From the NCBI GenBank assembly GCA_963662285.2, contig CAXXMV010000008.1:1-64000 (forward strand): a stretch of 64,000 bases of DNA. The letters are read 5' to 3'. Below are positions 58,528 through 64,000 of the stretch, in pieces (the stretch's first letter is position 1; each line of letters begins with the position of its first letter). The notes below the pieces were generated by a model. That model saw nothing but the letters and a program-made list of their open reading frames with translations, did not search any database and was not told the origin of the DNA. This stretch comes from a bacterium. Lineage in GTDB: Bacteria; Hinthialibacterota; Hinthialibacteria; Hinthialibacterales; Hinthialibacteraceae. The translations under genes and the position numbers were made by a program.

Positions 58528-59802
58528 TCAAGATATAGTTCCTGAATCTTCAAGCACTTGCTCAATGGCGCCGGGGAACAATCCTGTTTCGAAAGCAATA
58601 TCCAAAACCGTAATCCGATCCCGTATATCCCGCGCCAACCGTAACGTTCTTAGGGCGTATTCTTTAGAAAAGTTTAGATTATTCAACGTGTATGGAGCAT
58701 CAATAGAACAAAGTATACCACGTAATACATCAGGCTTTGGCAGGTTCATTGCAGCAAGTTGCTTTTGAATATCATGCCAATTATGGCGTAGAATATCAAT
58801 TCGTTCCCGGGCGCGAGCGTTTTTCCGCCTGGCCTGTCGGGCAACTGTATCCGCCAATTTGCCATGGTCTCGTTTGATGCGATTCTCTTCGGTTTCCCAT
58901 GCTGGAGGATTGATAAACTCCGGTTGCTCTAAAGCAAGCAACTTTTGATAGATCGCTGCGCAGATGCATGAGGCGACTCCGACCTGGGCGCCATGCAAAC
59001 GAACTGCTTTTCCTTCGATCAAGGCTTCCATATCCCAAAAATGGCTGATGAGATGCTCTCCGCCGCTGGCGGGGCTGCTGCTGCCCGCCGCCACCATGGA
59101 TACGCCGCTAAGCACTAATGCTTTGGCCAGTAAATAATATGATTCTTTATCTCTATGAATCAGACCGGTGGATTTGTCCGTTAATTCACCAAGAGCGGCA
59201 TCGACTATTTGCCCGGGTAATAGATCAAAACCACTTTGTTCGAGATAGTCGCTAAGCCAATAATCAGCTGTGCTGACTGATTTACTGAGCAAATCGCCCA
59301 ACCCGGCTTGAGCCAGTTCAATGGGCGCCTCCATAAGAATATCGATATCCAGCAGGATAGCGCGAGGAGGTACGGCATTTCTGGTTGTTTTCAGGCCATT
59401 ATCCAATATAGCGGCAATACCGCTGGCATAACCATTCATACTGGCGGCTGTGCCAATCACAATATAAGGAATTTTCAGGAGAGTGGACGCCATTTTGCAT
59501 ATATCATTTACAGTCCCGCCGCCAATGGCCACTAAGCCGCTTTTATGCTCAGCCTCTCGACAAACATGTTCAACAAATTTGAACTCTGCATGGGGATGCT
59601 TTGGCAAGATGTAAATGGGATACGGCAAAGTTTTACGACAAGCCTGTAATGTATCCGGATCGGCGACGCATAAAAAATCATCCCCCAAATATCGTTCAAT
59701 TACTCCAGGCAACTCATTTAGTACATTTTCTCCGATAAACACTTCATGAGGTAAATTCAAATCTACGGGAAGAGCCAATGGACAAAGTTCTGCTAATTTC
59801 AT
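58528..59802 (-). CDS. sn-glycerol-1-phosphate dehydrogenase (AraM/EgsA family)
   Basis: AGAGGA RBS before ATG 59802; AIGGGTVNDICK, TAASMNGYAS, AGLGDLLSK, SSPASGGEHLISH, LHGAQVG. Confidence 0.85.
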   Translation of the reverse strand: MKLAELCPLALPVDLNLPHEVFIGENVLNELPGVIERYLGDDFLCVADPDTLQACRKTLPYPIYILPKHPHAEFKFVEHVCREAEHKSGLVAIGGGTVNDICKMASTLLKIPYIVIGTAASMNGYASGIAAILDNGLKTTRNAVPPRAILLDIDILMEAPIELAQAGLGDLLSKSVSTADYWLSDYLEQSGFDLLPGQIVDAALGELTDKSTGLIHRDKESYYLLAKALVLSGVSMVAAGSSSPASGGEHLISHFWDMEALIEGKAVRLHGAQVGVASCICAAIYQKLLALEQPEFINPPAWETEENRIKRDHGKLADTVARQARRKNARARERIDILRHNWHDIQKQLAAMNLPKPDVLRGILCSIDAPYTLNNLNFSKEYALRTLRLARDIRDRITVLDIAFETGLFPGAIEQVLEDSGTIS

Positions 59803-59840
59803 GCGACAATATCCTCTTATCAAATATCAAGGCGTGTATT

Positions 59841-59927
59841 TCGCGGGTCGGTGAAGCGCAATCCACCCTACGTTTGGGTGTTTCCGGTGGGCTACGCTTC
59901 GCTTTTAGCCCACCCTACGTTTGGGTG
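59841..59927 (-). repeat. Two tandem GTAG-type REPs (family C), each with a GTTTGGGTG flank
   Basis: CACCCTACGTTTGGGTG occurs twice; the second copy CCGGTGGGCTACGCTTCGCTTTTAGCCCACCCTAC matches 44103-44138. Confidence 0.85.
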
Positions 59928-59972
59928 ATATATTGCAACAATGGATATTCTACTTGGTTATCCTATATACAA

Positions 59973-60677
59973 TTATTGATTACCAATTAGTTGATTGAGT
60001 TTGCGATAGGCCTCTACTGGACTCTCGTTATCAAATATTGCGGAACCAGCCACAATTTCATCGGCGCCAGCGTCATGCACCCAGCGAATAGTATCTTGAT
60101 TAACACCACCATCCACTTGAATTACATAATCGCAGCCTAATTCCTCCCGGCGCCTGGCGCAGTATGTAATGCCGTACAAGGCATCTTTGATCAGTTGCTG
60201 GCCGCCTTCGCCGGGATGAACCGTCATGATCAGGATATGATCTACTTGCTCAAAAAATGGCTCAAGCGATTCCAGGCAAGTCAATGGATTGATAACCACT
60301 CCGGCTTTTTTATTTTGTGAACGGATAGTATGTAGATCCCGCTCCAGGTCTTGCGACGCTTCCACCTGAATGGAGATGCTCCGCACTGAAGAAAGGTCGA
60401 ACCAGGGAATGACGCGGGGAGGATCATCAACCATCAAGTGTACATCCAATTGCGCCTGAATGTGCGGTTGGATATTTTTAATGATGCCGGGACTGCCAGC
60501 CAAATTGGAAACAAAATGTCCATCCATTACGTCATAATGAAATAAAGTAACGCCAGCGTTTTCCAGATCTCTTATGGCTTCACCCAAGCGCATAAAAGGA
60601 GCCGACAAGAGAGAAGGCATTATAATAGCAGAATTATTATGATTTGACACAATTCCCCCAGAGTTATGATCTTGCAC
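59973..60677 (-). CDS. rpe: Ribulose-phosphate 3-epimerase (start uncertain)
   Basis: PSLLSA, HYDVMDGHFV.N, DVHLMV, MTVHPGEGGQ, QVDGGV, VAGSAIF. Confidence 0.93.
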   Translation of the reverse strand: MQDHNSGGIVSNHNNSAIIMPSLLSAPFMRLGEAIRDLENAGVTLFHYDVMDGHFVSNLAGSPGIIKNIQPHIQAQLDVHLMVDDPPRVIPWFDLSSVRSISIQVEASQDLERDLHTIRSQNKKAGVVINPLTCLESLEPFFEQVDHILIMTVHPGEGGQQLIKDALYGITYCARRREELGCDYVIQVDGGVNQDTIRWVHDAGADEIVAGSAIFDNESPVEAYRKLNQLIGNQ

Positions 60678-61395
60678 GGCGCAGGATATCTTTCATGTCC
60701 AATACGGCGCGTTCCATTCCTACCATAACAGCTCGCGCCACAATGCTATGTCCGGTATGCACCCAGTCAATGGTCGGAAGCGCCGCCATACGTTCTGTAT
60801 TATGATAATGCAGCCCATGACCCACATTGACGCAAAGCCCCAAGCCGCGAGCGTATTCAGCATTTTTAGCGACAATTTTAAATTCCCGGTCTTCATCAAC
60901 CGGCGTCTCAGCGATAGCGTAAGGTCCGGTATGGATTTCAATAAATTGTACGCCAAGCGAGCCGGCTGCAGCAATCTCATCTTCAATCGCATCAATGAAT
61001 ATGCTGACGACAATGCCTGCATCCAGTAATTTCTGAATCAATGGCTGCATAATATTCTCACGGCCTTTAACAGTCAGGCCGCTTTCGGTAGTCTGTTCTT
61101 CACGCGCTTCGGGAACCAAAGTGCAGGCCTGCGGTTTAACTTGCAGCGCTAAATCCACCATATTTTCCGTCAAGGCCATCTCCAGGGTTAACGGAATCTG
61201 AAGCATTTGTTTGAGGATGAGAACATCCCGGTCCTGGATATGACGGCGATCTTCTCTGGGATGTACCGTGATGCCATCGGCTCCGCCAAGTTGACATAAA
61301 ACCGCTGCATCAATTGGATCAGGGTATTTGGTATGGCGCGACTCACGCAAAGTTGCGATATGGTCGATATTGACAGATAGTTTAGTCGACATCAT
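60664..61395 (-). CDS. pdxJ: Pyridoxine 5'-phosphate synthase
   Basis: LSVNIDHIATLR, GITVHPREDRRHI, TLVPE, IEIHTGPYA, GHGLHY, GHSIVARA. Confidence 0.96.
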   Translation of the reverse strand: MMSTKLSVNIDHIATLRESRHTKYPDPIDAAVLCQLGGADGITVHPREDRRHIQDRDVLILKQMLQIPLTLEMALTENMVDLALQVKPQACTLVPEAREEQTTESGLTVKGRENIMQPLIQKLLDAGIVVSIFIDAIEDEIAAAGSLGVQFIEIHTGPYAIAETPVDEDREFKIVAKNAEYARGLGLCVNVGHGLHYHNTERMAALPTIDWVHTGHSIVARAVMVGMERAVLDMKDILRRARS

Positions 61396-61404
61396 TTTGG
61401 ATCC

Positions 61405-62181
61405 TTACTTAGTTAATTTCAAAGTCACAGTGACGCCGCGTATAGATTTATCAACCGGCCAAACATCATATTTTACTTTCAGATCCGGCAAAGCCATATA
61501 CTGCGGGGGAGTTTTTAAGGTCGATAAACTGATATCAAGTATTGCAGTCGATACCGAATTGATCCGCTCTACGGCTTCTCGTGAACCGGTCACAACAATT
61601 TCCGGTGGATCGACAATCATCTCTTGAAGTTTTAACCCGTTCGACAATCCTCCCATAATTGGAGCATTAATCGTAATAGTCTTTTGCACCCGATAGAGCG
61701 GTAGAGAAATGATATCAGCTGATGTTGGAATATTATTATATGGCGGCTGATCCCCGGAAACATCCCAGGGAAGCACATAGAGCGAAACCTGGCGTGGATG
61801 AATGCTATTCTCATCAACCGAAATCAGATTACGGTCTGCTTCATCGACCTTACTAGTACGAAACATTGATTCAGTAAGGACAACATTCTGGGGAGAACCA
61901 TCTTCAGGAAAATCCAATTCAGCGAGACTGAAAAAAAAGCCGCATTGAGGAGAGCGCATCATATCAATCGCGATTCTCGGTCCCTGTAATGTAACTCTGG
62001 CTGTTGGAGGAATCCATGCATCAGGCAAGACCAGATTCTGCGGTATTTTTTCCACGCTAATAGGAATACCGCTAAGCACACGGCGATCAATGCGTTCTTG
62101 TCCTTTAATCCAGACGATGCCAACCGCCATCAAAAATGACAAAAACAAAATACCGCTATTAGACGATCCCCGACGGCTCAT
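61405..62181 (-). CDS. CdaR/YbbR-like regulator of diadenylate cyclase
   Basis: N-terminal TM segment; VTLQGP and VDPPEIVVTGS YbbR-type repeats; overlaps the cdaA stop. Confidence 0.75.
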   Translation of the reverse strand: MSRRGSSNSGILFLSFLMAVGIVWIKGQERIDRRVLSGIPISVEKIPQNLVLPDAWIPPTARVTLQGPRIAIDMMRSPQCGFFFSLAELDFPEDGSPQNVVLTESMFRTSKVDEADRNLISVDENSIHPRQVSLYVLPWDVSGDQPPYNNIPTSADIISLPLYRVQKTITINAPIMGGLSNGLKLQEMIVDPPEIVVTGSREAVERINSVSTAILDISLSTLKTPPQYMALPDLKVKYDVWPVDKSIRGVTVTLKLTK

Positions 62182-62957
62182 GATCGCTTCCCCTTACTGA
62201 TCACATTCCAGAGCACATGTTCGAATCGATCTGGATTAATACCCCGCGTGATCCTGCCGTTGATGGCCAAAGAGATGGCGCCGGTCTCTTCAGAGACGAC
62301 AACGATTATGGCGTCAGTTTCTTCAACCAGACCCAGCGCCGCAAGATGCCGGGTTCCGTAATTTGTATCGATCTCTTCCCGTGCGCTGAGAGGCAAGAGG
62401 CAGGCCGCCGCCGCAATGCGATTTTCATGAATAATCACCGCACCATCATGCAGCGGGGTTAATGGAGAAAAGATCGAAACCAGCAATTCTGATGATGGAA
62501 GGCTGTCCATCTTTATTCCAGTATCTATAAAACCCTGCAAACTGGTGGATCTTTCAAAAACAACCAAAGCGCCTATATGACGCCGTGACAATGTCTGTGC
62601 AGCTTTCGACACCTCGCTGATCACCGGATCAATGGTATTTCCGGCTCTAATGAAGAACCTGAAACGGGATATCTCGGCGGTGACTCGACGTAATTCAGGA
62701 GAATATAAAATGACTAAACCTACAAAAATAGGCAGCTGCGCAGAGGTAATAATCCAATATACGGTTCGGAGATTAAAAAGTTTGCAGGCATAGGTCAGAA
62801 TAACCAGAAGAACTAAAAACATAACCAATTGCACGGCCCGCGTACCGCGAACCGCTTTCAGCATGGCGTAAAATATTATCCACAGGATCACGATTTCCGT
62901 GACTGCTTGTCCCGCGCTCTGCCCGAATATTTGATCCCAATTAGAAGCGATGATCAT
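62178..62957 (-). CDS. cdaA: Diadenylate cyclase CdaA/DacA
   Basis: Three TM segments, GALVVFER, TPLHDGAVII, GTRHLAALG, VVSEETG. Confidence 0.95.
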   Translation of the reverse strand: MIIASNWDQIFGQSAGQAVTEIVILWIIFYAMLKAVRGTRAVQLVMFLVLLVILTYACKLFNLRTVYWIITSAQLPIFVGLVILYSPELRRVTAEISRFRFFIRAGNTIDPVISEVSKAAQTLSRRHIGALVVFERSTSLQGFIDTGIKMDSLPSSELLVSIFSPLTPLHDGAVIIHENRIAAAACLLPLSAREEIDTNYGTRHLAALGLVEETDAIIVVVSEETGAISLAINGRITRGINPDRFEHVLWNVISKGKRS

Positions 62958-62963
62958 CTCTCC

Positions 62964-63818
62964 TTATCCGCTATCTAACATTCCATGTTTTATGGCGTTC
63001 ACAATATCAGAGACCTCTCGCATCTCTTTAACATCATGAACCCGTACAATTTCAGTTCCATTCATAATGCACGCTGCTACTGCTCCAGCAGTGCCCATCA
63101 ACCTATGATTAATCCCGGCGCCGGTTATTTTACCAATAAATGATTTTCTCGAAACGCCTAGCAAAAGGGGATATGATTCATATCGAATCCGATCCAGATG
63201 CTTGATGATAGACAAATTCTGTCCGGCGGTCTTACTGAACCCGATACCGGGATCAAGCATAATCTGTTCAGTCGCTACTCCTTTAGATCGCGCCAGGCTC
63301 ACTTGGAGCTGAAAAAAATTGCTTATCTCGCCTTCCAGATCATGGTAGTCGGTCATCATCTGCATAGTTTGAGGAGTTCCCCTCATATGCATCAAGACCA
63401 ATCCGGCCCCGCTATCAGCAGCGAGATCAGCAATACGCGCATCATTCTGTAATCCGGTGATATCATTGATAACCACCGCCCCGGCATCCAGACAACGCGC
63501 CGCTACCTCGTATGAGAAGGTATCCACGGATACAGGCAAATCGCCTTTGCCAGCCAATTCAGCAACTACCGGTAAGACGCGGCGCAGTTCTTCTTCCGGT
63601 GAAACCGGCTCAGCTCCCGGACGTGAAGAAGATCCCCCGACATCTACGATTTGGGCGCCTTCTTCAAACTGCTGGTAGGCGCGTTTGATTGCCTTGTCTG
63701 AATCAAAATACAAACCGCCATCGCTGAATGAATCAGGAGTGGAATTGACGATGCCCATCAATAGAGCGCCGTTATCCCAATTAAGCACTTTGTGACGACA
63801 ACGCCAGCAAGAACTCAT
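62964..63818 (-). CDS. folP: Dihydropteroate synthase
   Basis: MGIVNSTPDSFSDGG, SSRPG, SVDT, LMHMRGTP, DPGIGF, GVSRKSF, RVHDV. Confidence 0.97.
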   Translation of the reverse strand: MSSCWRCRHKVLNWDNGALLMGIVNSTPDSFSDGGLYFDSDKAIKRAYQQFEEGAQIVDVGGSSSRPGAEPVSPEEELRRVLPVVAELAGKGDLPVSVDTFSYEVAARCLDAGAVVINDITGLQNDARIADLAADSGAGLVLMHMRGTPQTMQMMTDYHDLEGEISNFFQLQVSLARSKGVATEQIMLDPGIGFSKTAGQNLSIIKHLDRIRYESYPLLLGVSRKSFIGKITGAGINHRLMGTAGAVAACIMNGTEIVRVHDVKEMREVSDIVNAIKHGMLDSG

Positions 63819-63898
63819 TTTTTCTCTTTATATATTATAATAACGATTCAATCACCGCTGAGGTTAAAACCAAATATTCAGTATGCTATTTATAGCAC

Positions 63899-63924
63899 AA
63901 AAAGCCCTTAAAGGCGGGCTTTTT
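63899..63924. terminator. Terminator-like hairpin upstream of folP
   Basis: AAAAAGCCC...GGGCTTTTT. Confidence 0.55.
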
Positions 63925-64000
63925 GAAGATAAAACGTGATTAAAAAATAACAGAATTAACACATTTTTCTTGAACCGCTCTACTAATCCCGTGCGTCTGA

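Noticed and set aside
63925-64000. 3' end of an upstream gene at the right edge
   Set aside because: Too short to assign a frame or product.

Overview
Bacterial chromosomal window, about 40-45% GC by eye with AT-rich intergenic regions. It is rich in secreted proteins and looks like a diderm candidate-phylum or PVC-like organism; Ca. Hinthialibacter/OLB16-like is only a guess. From left to right it contains five blocks. (1) 1-13.1 kb: a surface-polysaccharide locus (truncated heparinase II/III-like gene, bi-domain oxidoreductase, two sulfotransferase-like genes, wzy, wzx, wecB) interrupted by a 1.4-kaa papain/FG-GAP surface protein. (2) 13.2-20.8 kb: a ~2150-aa LRR protein built from an 8-LRR super-repeat, with divergent sigma54-type promoters upstream. 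(3) 21-51.5 kb: many secreted or glycan-related proteins interspersed with yjbQ, mltG, an M20 peptidase and several REP/MITE-like repeat families. (4) 51.9-58.5 kb: a membrane protein-wHTH-uppS operon with a shared operator motif, then a Cache/PAS two-component cluster. (5) 58.5-64 kb: folP-cdaA-cdaR-pdxJ-rpe-G1PDH. The main discovery candidate is a 9-10-residue C-terminal motif shared by four otherwise unrelated signal-peptide proteins (TPVLDWMILE, ATADNWQVFE, TSVKTWMLY, TNVENWLLY), a likely undescribed protein sorting/secretion signal. The second is a G15 tract that frameshifts the signal peptide of a secreted propeller protein (candidate phase variation). No rRNA, tRNA, CRISPR array or transposase was seen.
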